Positions 1 through 12,331 are shown, counted from the stretch's first letter. The stretch: DNA of 64,000 nucleotides from Octopus vulgaris (GCA_951406725.2 OX597833.1:1364001-1428000); one strand, 5' to 3'. Numbers and translations: made by a program. The notes: a model not told the origin generated them from the letters alone.

Positions 1-125
1 TCTATCCGAAATCATTCTATCAGGTCTTATGTGCTTGTATGTATGAATGTATCTCTCTCTCTCTCTCTGCATATGCAAATATATATGCATGAAATGCAAT
101 ATACACACACACACATATATATATA

Positions 126-499
126 CGAGCAAAACGCCCCACGTCCAATGGACGATGCTGAGTTGTCAAACATTTAAACCAAAAATTTCTCAAAACAAAT
201 TGTCCGACCGTCCCATAGGTTTCCCCTTTGAGAAACACTGATTTAAACTAAATTTGAGACACCAGCAAAAGACGGATTTTGACTGATGTACTTACGCGTA
301 CAAATAGACGCTCCCACAGCTTTATTGATTGCATGCTCACCTGGAATCGATTTTTGTAATTTTTTCAAGACTTATACACGCCCTGATACCGTCGGTATCT
401 ACATATCAAATTTGAGCGCAATCGGATGCAGGATGCCCGAGATCCTAGAATACACACACAGAGACAGACAGAACAGATTTTATATATATATATATATGA
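126..499 (-). mobile_element. Probable non-autonomous Helitron-type element
   Basis: Minus strand starts TC-ATATATA...TAAAATCTG followed by a (TCTG)/(TG) stretch. It ends with the hairpin CGTCC-ATT-GGACG about 15 nt upstream of CTCG|T (a degenerate CTAG|T). Same layout as the clearer element at 48661. Confidence 0.5.
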
Positions 500-778
500 C
501 CTCAGTCTCATGGCTAAAATATATTAAAGAATAAAAGAATATATATATATTGGAAAATGTGTGAGATCCTTGGTACAGTTTGGTATATTTGGAAAAAAAA
601 TAATAGAATGACTTCACAGGTAGATCTATTCAGATTAAAATTATAATTTAAAAAATTTTTTAATGATATGAATTTTACACTTTAGTTCATACATCTAGTA
701 AGTTTTTTGTTAAATTGGTTGTGGAGGTTTTTTTTTAAAAACATTCCTTAAATTTTTGGAGAACTTTCTCGCATTCGT

Positions 779-854
779 TGTCAAATAAATATCAAGATTT
801 GGGGCTTCGTTATATATAGAATTTCAAAGCCCCAAATCTTCAGATCTTTTTGAC
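779..854. repeat. Short inverted repeat
   Basis: AAGATTTGGGGCTT ... AAGCCCCAAATCTT, extended imperfectly by GTCAAA / TTTGAC. Confidence 0.7.
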
Positions 855-898
855 ACCCACACAGATCGCGGTAGGATTTGCATCCCTAGACATATAGA

Positions 899-900
<2 letters not shown>

Positions 901-947
<47 letters not shown>

Positions 948-1348
948 GCGCATACACATGTATATATATAGAGAGAGATAAAAAGGAGAAAGATTTAGAG
1001 ATCTATCTAGCTTTCTATCTATATATGCACACACACACACAAGCGCGTACACACACACACAAACATATATATATATATATTTGTATACACACATACACAC
1101 ACGCTCATATTTATATTACCTTTTGACAGACAGTTAAAGAGATAGCTAGATACATAAAGAGATAAATAGATAACTATATCGATAAGCGTATTTATAGCTG
1201 AAGAGATTGATGACATGATAAATCGATGTATAGATTGGATCAAATCCAAGCTGCAAAATTAAGTACTTAAATAGAGCAATGCGGATTTATGGATATGTGA
1301 AGATATAATTGGATATATTGATGCACATGCGCATGTAAATGTATGTAC

Positions 1349-1402
<54 letters not shown>

Positions 1403-1493
1403 TTACTTGGAAATAGATGCGTGGCGTTCAATCATATAATATAGATTATATATATTATAATCATAATAACATTAGGGAATATAATATATACTC

Positions 1494-1552
<59 letters not shown>

Positions 1553-1739
1553 CTTATATACATATATAGATATATACTTATATACATATATAGATATATA
1601 CTTATATACATATATAGATATATACTTATATACATACACACACACATATATTATATATATGTATATTTATACACATGTACATATACATATATATACATAG
1701 ATATATATACACACACACACACATATATATATATAAATA

Positions 1740-1770
<31 letters not shown>
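901..1770. repeat. Compound (CA)n/(TA)n microsatellite region including a 24-bp unit repeated about 3 times (1553-1635)
   Basis: Directly visible; 24-mer CTTATATACATATATAGATATATA. Confidence 0.9.
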
Positions 1771-1771
<1 letters not shown>

Positions 1772-2071
1772 GGTACAGGACGTCCCCTACAGCAAACAAC
1801 ATGAAATACGAAAACAAATAAGTTCAATGCACAAACAACGCGAGAAAGGTCGACGGTAGAGAGTACGTGTAGACTGTGTTGACAGTCGTGTCTGTGCTGA
1901 TATAGTAATTATACTGTGATACTGAGAAGACGTTATAACGATCCAACCTTTTGCAGATAACAACACTATACGACTGGGGTGGGGGAGATCATACACTGCT
2001 AGATAAAACCATTCTATGGACGTCTTCAGAATATTGTATTCATAGATACAACAATGGCAAAATACCTCTTA

Positions 2072-2481
2072 GGCGCAGGAGTGGCTGTGTGGTAAGTAGC
2101 TTGCTAACCAACCACATGGTTCCGGGTTCAGTCCCACTGCGTGGCATCTTGGGCAAGTGTCTTCTGCTATAGCTCCGGGCCGACCAAAGCCTTGTGACTG
2201 GATTTGGTAGACGGAAACTGAAAGAAGCCTGTCGTATATATGTATATATATGTATGTGTGTGTGTCTGTCTGTTTGTGTGTCTGTGTTTGTCCCCCTAGT
2301 ATTGCTTGACAACCGATGCTGGTGTGTTTACGTCCCCGTCACTTAGCGGTTCGGCAAAAGAGACCGATAGAATAAGTACTGGGCTTACAAAGATTAATTC
2401 CCGGGGTCGATTTGCTCGACTAAAGGCGGTGCTCCAGCATGGCCGCAGTCAAATGACTGAAACAAGTAAAAGAGAAAAGAG

Positions 2482-2483
<2 letters not shown>
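2072..2483 (+). mobile_element. SINE family A, full length (tRNA-like head, internal TA/TG microsatellite, (GTAAAAGA)n tail)
   Basis: Head GGCGCAGGAGTGGCTGTGTGGTAAG (A-box-like) and GGTTCAGTCCC (B-box-like); near-identical copies recur more than 10 times in the window. Confidence 0.92.
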
Positions 2484-2514
<31 letters not shown>

Positions 2515-2540
2515 AAGGGTGGAAAGGAACACACGAGTTG

Positions 2541-2990
2541 ATATATATGAAAAAACAAGTCAAAAATAGAAAATGCTAAGATAATTTTATAGTGAATCTT
2601 TCAGTACCGGTTTCGGTCATTTTGAGACCTTTTCAACTGTAACGATTAAATAATTCAATTTAGAAAAATTAGAAGAAAAGTTTTTTAAAAGAATATTTCT
2701 ATAGTAGTGTTCAGATATAAGTAGCATTCTGCCTTTCTCTGACTCCCTTGTTTGCACGACCTCGAACACACAAGTGCAAACAAGGGAGTCAGAGAAAGGC
2801 AGAATGCTACTTATATCTGAACACTACTATAGAAATATTCTTTTAAAAAACTTTTCTTCTAATTTTCTAAATTTAATTATTTAATCGTTACAGTTGAAAA
2901 GGTCTCAAAATGACCGAAACCGGTACTGAAAGATTCACTATAAAATTATTTTAGCATTTTCTATTTTTGACTTGTTTTTTCATATATATA
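2541..2990. repeat. Long fold-back inverted repeat (arms about 2541-2757 and 2774-2990, 16-nt spacer), Penelope-pLTR-like
   Basis: Arms are reverse complements with about 3 differences; TA runs lie at both outer ends; each arm holds a hammerhead motif. Confidence 0.92.
2891..2928 (+). ncRNA. Minimal type-I hammerhead ribozyme motif (U3:A8 core variant); mirror copy on the minus strand at 2602-2639
   Basis: CAG-UUGAAAA-GGUC(ucaaaau)GACC-GAAAC-CG-GUA-CUG: stem I CAG/CUG, stem II 4 bp, palindromic ACCGGU in stem III, GUA cleavage triplet. Confidence 0.65.
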
Positions 2991-3125
2991 TATATATATA
3001 TATACTTTATTTAAAAGTAATAGCTTTTGTTATATTTCTGCTGCTTTTAAATAAAGCATATTACTCTACCTCTGGTATTTGAGTACTCTTTTTTCCACCT
3101 TGTTTCACATTTATGTGCTTACTCC

Positions 3126-3187
<62 letters not shown>

Positions 3188-3680
3188 CAGGTACACACAC
3201 TACACCTTTACCCTTTATAACAACGATATACCATTACTTTCGGCTTAACACTCAATTAATCTCACCAACCATCTTGTTTTTGTTTTGTTTTTGCTTGTTG
3301 TTTTTTTTTTGTTAGAGACACTTCATTATTGAACTTTCACGAATGATAAGGCGACATTACTCTCGCCGATTCCCCAAAGCCATTTCAGGCTTGACATACA
3401 ATTGTTTCGGCATCAGAATCTCATTTAGCTCATTGTTTGGTATTCAACATTATTAATTTCTTCAATGGCGGATCAATAAGTCTTCCATTCAATAAGGAAA
3501 TATCATTTCATCGCGTTGTGTGTATTTAGTAAATAGTTTTATTTGTTAGCGATCTTTGGTTTGTGTGCAAACTCATTTTTGATTGACTGGGTTGTTGTTC
3601 TGTTGCTCGGTTTGCCGGTCAGCTGGTCGGTTCTTTTGTTGGTTGGCTGGTTGGCTGGCTGGTGGGTTAGTGGGTTGGTT

Positions 3681-4080
3681 TACTCTTTTACTCTTTTACT
3701 CTTTTACTTGTTTCAGTCATTTGACTGCGGCCATGCTGGAGCACCGCCTTTTTTAATCGAGCAAATCGACCCCGGGACTTATTCTTTGTAAGCCCAGTAC
3801 TTATTCTATCGGTCTCTTTTGCCGAACCGCTAAGTGACAGGGACGTAAACACACCAGCATCGGTTGTCAAGCAATGCTAGGGGGACAAACACAGACACAC
3901 AAACATACACACAAATACATATATATATATACATATATACGACAGGCTTCTTTCAGTTTCCGTCTACCAAATCCACACACAAGGCATTGGTCGGCCCGAG
4001 GCTATAGCAGAAGACACTTGCCCAAGATGCCACGCAGTGGGACTGAACCCGGAACCATGTGGTTTGTAAACAAGCTACTT
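3681..4080 (-). mobile_element. SINE family A, slightly 5'-truncated
   Basis: Reverse complement of the 2072 copy lacking the first ~22 nt. Confidence 0.92.
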
Positions 4081-4199
4081 TGATCTTTAATTCCCTCCCT
4101 CTCTCTCATTCTTTCTCTCTCTCCTTCTCTCTCTTTCTCACTCTCTTCTTTATACTTTTTCTTCCGATGTTCTTTCTTCGCTATGATTTGTTCACTCCA

Positions 4200-4622
4200 T
4201 TCACCGTCACCGCGACCACCGCGACCACCACGTCCACTACGACGACGACCACCATCACCACCACCATCACCACCACCATCACCACCACCATCACCGCCAC
4301 ATCACCACCACCACCACCATCAACAACAACAACAACAAGAACAACAGCAACGACGACACTGCCATCACCACAACCACCACGAATACCATCGCCACAACTA
4401 TTACCACCATCAACGCCATCACTACCCAAACCATTTAAAATCCACCACCTCCACCACCACCACCACCAACAACAACAACACTTCCAAACCCACGACCACC
4501 GCTACCAAAGCCACCATGACCATCACCACCAAAATAACCACGATCACCTACATCGACACTACTAACACGACGACGACGACTACTCCGACAACAACGATGA
4601 CCACCACCGCCATCACCACCAC
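4200..4622. repeat. Degenerate (ACC)/(AAC)/(ACG) trinucleotide tract
   Basis: Directly visible; open in several frames on both strands. Confidence 0.85.
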
Positions 4623-5039
4623 GTGCACAGATATTTTTATTACCTTTTTTTTCTTATTTATCTTTTCATCCTGTCATGGCCACTGGTTCTGAAGCTTTTC
4701 TTTTTACACATTTTTAATTTCACTCAGTTTAATTTGTTTACTTATCGAATTTGCAAATAAAATTTAAAGAGATACATAAAAGCTCTTTATAATTGTTTAA
4801 AACACATTTCGCGAAATCAGTTTTATTGCATCTTTATTCTTTCCTTCAAAGCAGTTCTTTTGATTTTGTTTCGTAAATTGAAGCAGCAGACATGACTGTG
4901 TGGTTACTAAATTCGTTTAGTATTCACTATCTTCGCTGCTCGATTACACTTTGGAGAACATAGCCACGGGATAAACCCAAGTTTGTGAGAGAGTTTTGGT
5001 TGACGGAAAGTGGTCATATATATATATATATATATATTG

Positions 5040-5077
5040 ATATCTATCTATTTATCTGTCAGTCCGTCTCTCTCTCA

Positions 5078-5144
<67 letters not shown>

Positions 5145-5211
5145 CCGATCTATCTACCGATCTATCTATCTACCGATCTATCTACCGATCTATCTATCTA
5201 TCTATCTACCG

Positions 5212-5281
<70 letters not shown>

Positions 5282-5282
5282 A
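5040..5282. repeat. (ATCT)n microsatellite with ACCG variant units (left flank of the LINE)
   Basis: Directly visible. Confidence 0.95.
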
Positions 5283-8149
5283 GAGATAGAAATAGAGTAG
5301 AGGGTGAGCTAGTTAAGAAGCTAGAAGAGGCAATTAGAAGCGGCATCGCATCCGACGTTTTGGCGGCGAGGTTGGCCCTCGACCAACACTTCAACGCCAA
5401 ACACGAAGGATGTGCTGTCAGAGCTAGGATGCCTGCTCTAAGGAACGAAGGTGTTGGAGCCGCGAGAGAGGCCCGGGTGGCAGAGGCGCAACAGGGCAAC
5501 AAAGCCACCATTCGGTCACTGGTAGATGAACAGGGGCGCGAATTGCTCGAGCCAAGTAAAATGTGTGAGGCCTTTCAGTAGCATTTTGCCCGACTGTTCG
5601 GAACGAGTGGAGGGCAAGAACGTAGGGTGGACTTCAGTGCCTACCTACATAGCCTACCACGACTCTCGACAAGAAAGGCAGGGTCCTGCGAAGGTGCCAT
5701 CACGGCGGCGGAAGTGCAGGAAGCGATGGCAGAATGCTCGGGGGACAAATCACCGGGTTTGGATGGTCTACCCTACGAGCTTTACAATTGTATGCCAGAC
5801 TTGTTTGGAGATCTCTTGGCGGCGGTGTACTGCAACTGGCAGCAAAACGGGAGCATTCCTGGTTTTGTGAGCCGAGGAGCCGTAACACTGCTGAAGAAAG
5901 ATCTAAACAAGGGAAATGTAATAGATAACTTTTAGGCCCATCACTCTGCTTAATGCAGACTTGAAAATTTTGGCCAAGGTGCTAGCCAAGAGGTTGGCGC
6001 TTGCCATCGAGAAACTGGTCGACAGGGCGCAAACATGCGCCGTGCCAGGCCGGACCATCCATGACAACCTCCACCTGATGCGCTACATCATAGACAGGGT
6101 AGTTAACGAACCTGGCATGGGTGGGGCGCTGATCAATTTGGATCAATCGAAAGCTTTCGATAGGGTGGACCATCGATACTTGGAGGCGGTCCTCGGAGCG
6201 GCTGGCTTCGGTCCCGTCTTCCGCGGCTGGATAGCCGTTTGTACAGAGGCATCCGTTCGGTAATTCGCGTGAATGGACATCTATCGATACCCTTCGACAT
6301 CGCACGTTCGGTCCGTCAGGGATGCCCCCTCTCGTCGCTTCTATACGTATTGACTCTCGAGCCATTATTGCGGAAGCTGGCAACCTTGAGAGGCATCCCG
6401 CGAGAACTGGGATGCGGGACGAGCGTGTCTGCATACGCGGACGACGTCACCGTCATCGTGTCTAGCCACGAGCACATCGAGCGGGTCGGCGAGACACTGA
6501 AAGACTACGAAGCGGTGACAGGAGCGAAAATCAACCGGGAAAAGTCAGTGGGCTTGCGACTAGGCACCTGGAGAAGCAAGCCCATGCCGTCCACCAGCGC
6601 CTCCGTCGTGGGACGCTGGACCGACGGCCCGGTTGAGTTGCTCGGGGTCTGGTTTGGTCCGGACCTCCAAGTGGAGAAGAACTGGAACGAGATAACGAGT
6701 AGGGTGGTCACTCTCGCCCGGCAATGGGCCGAGAGGAAACTGTCCCTAAAAGGTCGGGCGGAGGTGGCGAACACGTACATCGCGTCCGTCATCTACTACC
6801 GCCTGACCGTCGTACCTTGTCCCGACCCTACCATCACCAAACTACAACGCATTCTCTTTCGCTTCTTGTGGAAAGGATGCGTCCCGATGGTCAGGCGATC
6901 CATTTGCTGTCAACACCCGTTAAAAGGAGGGCTGGGCATGCCGTGGTTGATGATGCGCAGACACGCGCTGAGACTGCGACATCTCTGGCTCTATGTAGAC
7001 GACGGTGAACAGGTGTGGTCGCCGTTTGTGAGGCACGCTTTCCCGCAGCTCGTCTCCATGACCGAACTGCAGTCGTGGATCAAAAAGAGGCCGAAGAAGG
7101 GCGAATGGCACCGCGAGTGTCGCGTTGCTCTCAAGCAACTCTGCCGTCCTGGGTCGACCTTGACTGACTTCAACACAACCAAAGCGTTCTATAGGGGTTT
7201 AGTGGAGGGGAGGTACGACGACGAGCTCGGGGCGAACCAGGACGACTTTCGGGCCAGGGCCCATGGACAACTTCCAGAGATCCCTGGCCTGGCAGTGCTA
7301 CCGAGAAGCGCTACCCGTTCGGGATAAGCTCTACAGACACGGCTCGAGAAACACGGGGCCGACCTGCCCGAGATGCGGTCAGAGCGACGAAACCGTTCTG
7401 CACGCACGCGTGCAGTGTCCAACAATTTCCGACCTGTGGGCTTGTGTCGAACAACTGCTGTCACGTGTGGGACGAGTCGGTTTATCAGCTGAGTCTATCG
7501 TTAATATTGTCACGCCTCCCTCCTTCAAACGGGAAGGAAAAGCTATTTTCATCATCCTTGTGGCTATGGCGAAAGAATGTATCTGGTGGACGCGTCTGAA
7601 AGGATTGGAGACAAACACTTTCCTCTCTGGTCAATCTCTCATCAACTTCTTCAAGTACCACTTGAAAAGGAAAGTGAGAGTAGAGAGGCAAGTTTTGTCT
7701 AGCGAACGTTTTAAAAAAAGATGGGTGAATGTAGCAAGAATGGCACGTATGAATGACGAAGCCACCTTGAGCATGATCCTATGAACCCAGAAATTGAAAA
7801 CAGAGAGTTGCTTATTTGCAAAAAAAAAAAAAAGAAATATAACATGTGACTCCATTGACCGAGGTTACCGTGGTCTTTTCCGTAGGCTTTTCTTTCCACG
7901 GGTAAACCTCACCTGTCCTCCCCTTTACACTTCATATTGACATTTCTGTGATAACGATCCCTATTGATCAATTTTTTTTTCCTCTCCCCTTTTTTTTAAC
8001 CCCCTTTTTTTTGTCCTCTTTCTCTCCTTTTACGATCCCTTTTGATCGAAACTCCCCTTCCTTTCTTTTTTTTTAAACCTTCAAAAGAAAAGCTCTACCT
8101 TGTAATTTGTTCTATCTGTGTGCAGCCCTGTGTGGCTAATAAAGGAACA

Positions 8150-8150
<1 letters not shown>
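5281..8150 (+). mobile_element. 5'-truncated, disrupted Tx1/L1-type non-LTR retrotransposon (RT, C-terminal zinc knuckle, 3' UTR) inside an (ATCT)n tract
   Basis: RT motifs KSPGLDGLPYE, RPITLLNADLKILAKVLAKRL, LDQSKAFDRVDH, VRQGCPLS, YADD (6434-6445), GAKINREKS; GGLG motif; CPRC-x-ETVLH-x-C knuckle. Stops at 5579 and 5933, frameshifts near 6240 and 7240. T-rich 3' UTR ending TAATAAAGGAACA. GC-rich relative to flanks. Confidence 0.93.
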
Positions 8151-8221
<71 letters not shown>

Positions 8222-8264
8222 AATCTATCTACCGATCTATCAATCAATCTATCTATCTATCTAC

Positions 8265-8350
<86 letters not shown>
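8150..8350. repeat. (ATCT)n then (TA)n microsatellite (right flank of the LINE)
   Basis: Directly visible; contains the same ACCG variant unit as the left flank. Confidence 0.95.
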
Positions 8351-8352
<2 letters not shown>

Positions 8353-9155
8353 CCAAGGGTGTGATGCATTTCGCTAAGTAATAAGTTAAAAAACTTATAC
8401 TATATAAACAGAAGAAAGGAAAACAGACGCAGAAAGTTCCCAATTGCCTATCAGTTATCAGCGAGATTGTCAAACGCAATTTCGTGCCTTTATCGATAAT
8501 ATTGATACCTTTGTCGTGACACCGACAAGAGTTGCCGGGCATATGGGACCGGGATATACAAATAATGCAGAAATGGACATACGAAAATGAACACATGTAA
8601 TTCAAGACGAGAACGTCAATGGACGGACAATGGACAAAAACGGTATAAATCAACAAAGAGATTGTAGCCTTAGGGCTAGATGAAGACGAAGTATGGCTCA
8701 CGCTAAGAAGGAAATCCTCTGCCCGCTACTGACACGTGATCTGTGGTCGGCCCTTTTTTCTTTTTCTCTTTCTCCTTTCCTTTTTTACGCCGGTCGTTGA
8801 AGTTACTGATCTTAATTTCGCTCGTTTCGACTTCAGTCTACTTCGCTGTCTTTTTCCCTCCTGTTTGCACTCTTCTAGGATTAATCTTCTTAGCGTTGCC
8901 CATAATTCTTCTTAATCTAGCCGTATGTCTACATCCTGTTTGTTTATTTGTTGTTCACAAAGAATACAGTTCAAATTTGACCACGACGAAATTCGAAATC
9001 CTATTGCAGATTTTGTAAACGCATACTGCAAAGGAATCTCACCAACACACTCTGCATAACTGTTATTTCACAACCCTTGTATAGAATCTACAAGATGAGA
9101 CGATCAGGGCTGGAACGCGTTTACTGCAGGTTCTACGTTGACTTGCAGCCGCCCA

Positions 9156-10491
9156 TCTCTTGTGAAAGGTAAGAGAGTCCAGTTTGCTGGACACTGTTGT
9201 AGAGCTGAAAAAGAAGTAATTTCTATTCTTCTCCTCTGGAAGCCATCTACTCGCAATACCAGAGGGCGCACACTCTCCTACCCTGATGTAATCTCCAGGG
9301 ATACAGGCATCCAGCAACAGGACCTCCGTAATGCCATGTTGGACCGTGAAGTCTGGTGTAGCATGGTAAATTCCATTGTCTCGACCAGAAGAGTCCAGTT
9401 TGCTGGACATTGTTGTAGAGCTGAAAAAGAGGTAATTTCTATTCTTCTCCTCTGGAAGCCATCTACTCGCAATACCAGAGGGCGCACACTCTCCTACCCT
9501 GATGTAATCTCCAGGGATACAGGCATCCAGCAACAGGACCTCCGTAATGCCATGATGGACTATGAAGTCTGGCGTAGCATGGTAAATTCCATTGTCTCGA
9601 CCAGAAGAGTCCAGTTTGCTGGACATTGTTGTAGAGCTGAAAAAGAAGTAATTTCTACTCTTCTCCTCTGGAAGCCATCTACTCGCAATACCAGAGGGCG
9701 CACACTCTCCTACCCTGATGTAATCTCCAGGGATACAGGCATCCAGCAACAGGACCTCCATAAATGCCATGATGGACCGTGAAGTCTGGCGTAGCATGGT
9801 AAATTCCATTGTCTCGACCAGAAGAGTCCAGTTTGCTGGACATTGTTGTAGAGCTGAAAAAGAGGTAATTTCTACTCTTCTCCTCTGGAAGCCATCTACT
9901 CGCAATACCAGAGGGCGTACACTCTCCTACCCTGATGTAATCTCCAGGTATACAGGCATCCAGCAACAGGACCTCCGTAATGCCATGATGGACCGTGAAG
10001 TCTGGCGTAGCATGGTAAATTCCATTGTCTCGACCAGAAGAGTCCAGTTTGCTGGACATTGTTGTACAGCTGAAAAAGAGGTAATTTCTATTCTTCTCCT
10101 CTGGAAGCCATCTACTCGCAATACCAGAGGGCGCCCACTCTCCTACCCTGATGTAATATCCAGGGATACAGGCATCCAGCAACAGGACCTCCGTAATGCC
10201 ATGATGTACCGTGAAGTCTGGCGTAGCCTGGTAAATTCCATTGTCTCGACCAGAAGAGTCCAGTTTGCTGGACATTGTTGTAGAGCTGAAAAAGAGGTAA
10301 TTTCTACTCTTCTCCTCTGGAAGCCATCTACTCGCAATACCAGAGGGCGCACACTCTCCTACCCTGATGTAATCTCCAGGGATACAGGCATCCAGCAACA
10401 GGACCTCCGTAATGCCATGATGGACTGTGAAGTCTGGCGTAGCATGGTAAATTCCATTGTCTCGACCACGGTCGAACAATGATGAGGATGA
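9156..10491 (+). mobile_element. 5'-truncated RTE-type LINE 3' end with six tandem 216-bp units and a 12-bp TSD
   Basis: Unit starts at 9174, 9390, 9606, 9823, 10039 and 10255. Peptide RRVQFAGHCCR...LLLWKP...RGR...MMDREVWR resembles the RTE ORF C-terminus; (GAT)-type tail; TSD TGCAGCCGCCCA at 9144-9155 and 10492-10503. Confidence 0.88.
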
Positions 10492-10887
10492 TGCAGCCGC
10501 CCAACGACAAAAACAAAGTCGAAGCGTACAGATAAGATAGGTAACTACATTTTAGAGCCATAACAAAAATGTGTAGTAACATTCGAACTAAAATTTCATG
10601 TTTTTTCGAACATAATACTTAATCCGCCCACCGCCCGCGCCGCTTCATGTTCAAGACAAAAGTTTGAAAGTTCACACTACTACCAGCTTCCGTTTAAAGT
10701 TCAGACAAAAACCTCGCGACGTAATTTCATCAATCTCAGCAGTAATGTCATTGATGGATGAGAAGACATTAGTCTGCCAGTAGGAAAAAAAAAAAACCTC
10801 ATCGCCTTGAATCTTATTTAATAAAACTGTCTGTGTATAAGACGTCCTCTTGAAAGACACTTGGTCTGTAAACACTGACTGCTGGAT

Positions 10888-11310
<423 letters not shown>

Positions 11311-11479
11311 TGTATAAATATATTTATGCGAGTGTTTTTGCCGTTGTTTATGTTCAAACTATTTTTTCCCAAGTTTAAAAAAAAGTGCAGCTGTGTACAC
11401 GTATATACAGACAAACAATTAATTATTTTCCGATGCCGCATACCGTATCCAGCAGTTTGTCCAAAACAGCTGGACAAAC

Positions 11480-11990
11480 ATACATCAAAGAAGATCTGGA
11501 TATGAAACGTTCACCGTACCAAAGAAAAAAGGAAAGACTGCGCATGAGTATGCTCCCCGAAAACATGGAGACGAAAATATTATCAACATGAAGTCTAGCC
11601 TTTCTTGGACCCTTATCGCATTCTATAGGCTATGCTTTTGCCATTCAAGAACAAGAGATTGCTGCAAAATACCCAATAAACAAAAGAGATAGTGAGATCG
11701 TAGAATCCCCCCAAAATGTAACCGAGACTGTAGATTATAATACATCTCTTCGGAAGACATCACATATGTGATTAGCCGCTGCCCAAGTGTTTCATTGAGG
11801 TGTTACCTCTCAATGCAAACCAACATTGTCGCTAAAAATTATACGAAATCATCCGTAAAACAATTTGTCTTGTAAAAAATGCTGGGATTCCTCCTAATGG
11901 AAACATATATAAACATCCACACAAGAAACTTTGGTAGAACATTCTCTGCAAAACATTTACTCAGTACAAACATAAAGACCATGGAACACT
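11480..11990 (+). pseudogene. Degenerate R4/Dong-like non-LTR retrotransposon fragment (post-RT zinc-knuckle region)
   Basis: From 11628: GYAFAIQEQEIAAKY..KRD...CRL*...EDITYVISRCP...NIVAK, resembling the AxQEQ...CRxC...HxxSxC...RHxxVA region of RLE-type elements; contains stops and frameshifts. Confidence 0.7.
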
Positions 11991-12109
11991 AAATTTGGAG
12001 TGTTGGTGCAAAGGAGCCTAATTGACATTCTACTATTACTCTAGCTTCACAAAAATCCATTATTGCCTGGATGATGTTTGAAATAAATAAGCTGAGTTAT
12101 GCAGAGTTA

Positions 12110-12272
12110 CGCAGGAGTGGCTGTGTGGTAAGTAACTTGTTTACCAACCACATGGTTCCGGGTTCAGTCCCACTGCGTGGCACCTTGGGCGAGTGTCTTC
12201 TACTATAGCCTCGGGCCGACCAAAGCCTTGTGAGTGGATTTGGTAGGCGGAAACTGAAAGAAGCCCGTCGTA

Positions 12273-12331
<59 letters not shown>

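Noticed and set aside
2040-2569. Recurrent ORFs such as MLGGQTQTH..., MTTDAGVFTS... and ...[12 protein letters not shown]
   Set aside because: Chance reading frames of SINE-A copies; they recur because the SINE recurs.
4059-4692. Thr/Pro/His-rich mucin-like ORFs
   Set aside because: A trinucleotide tract open in several frames on both strands; one ORF starts inside a SINE; no splice or domain evidence.
9174-10469. 216-bp array or the ~180-bp SINE-B arrays as CRISPR or as a host repeat-protein gene
   Set aside because: No unique spacers and a eukaryotic context; the units are recognisable retroelement pieces, and two of the arrays are bounded by TSDs.
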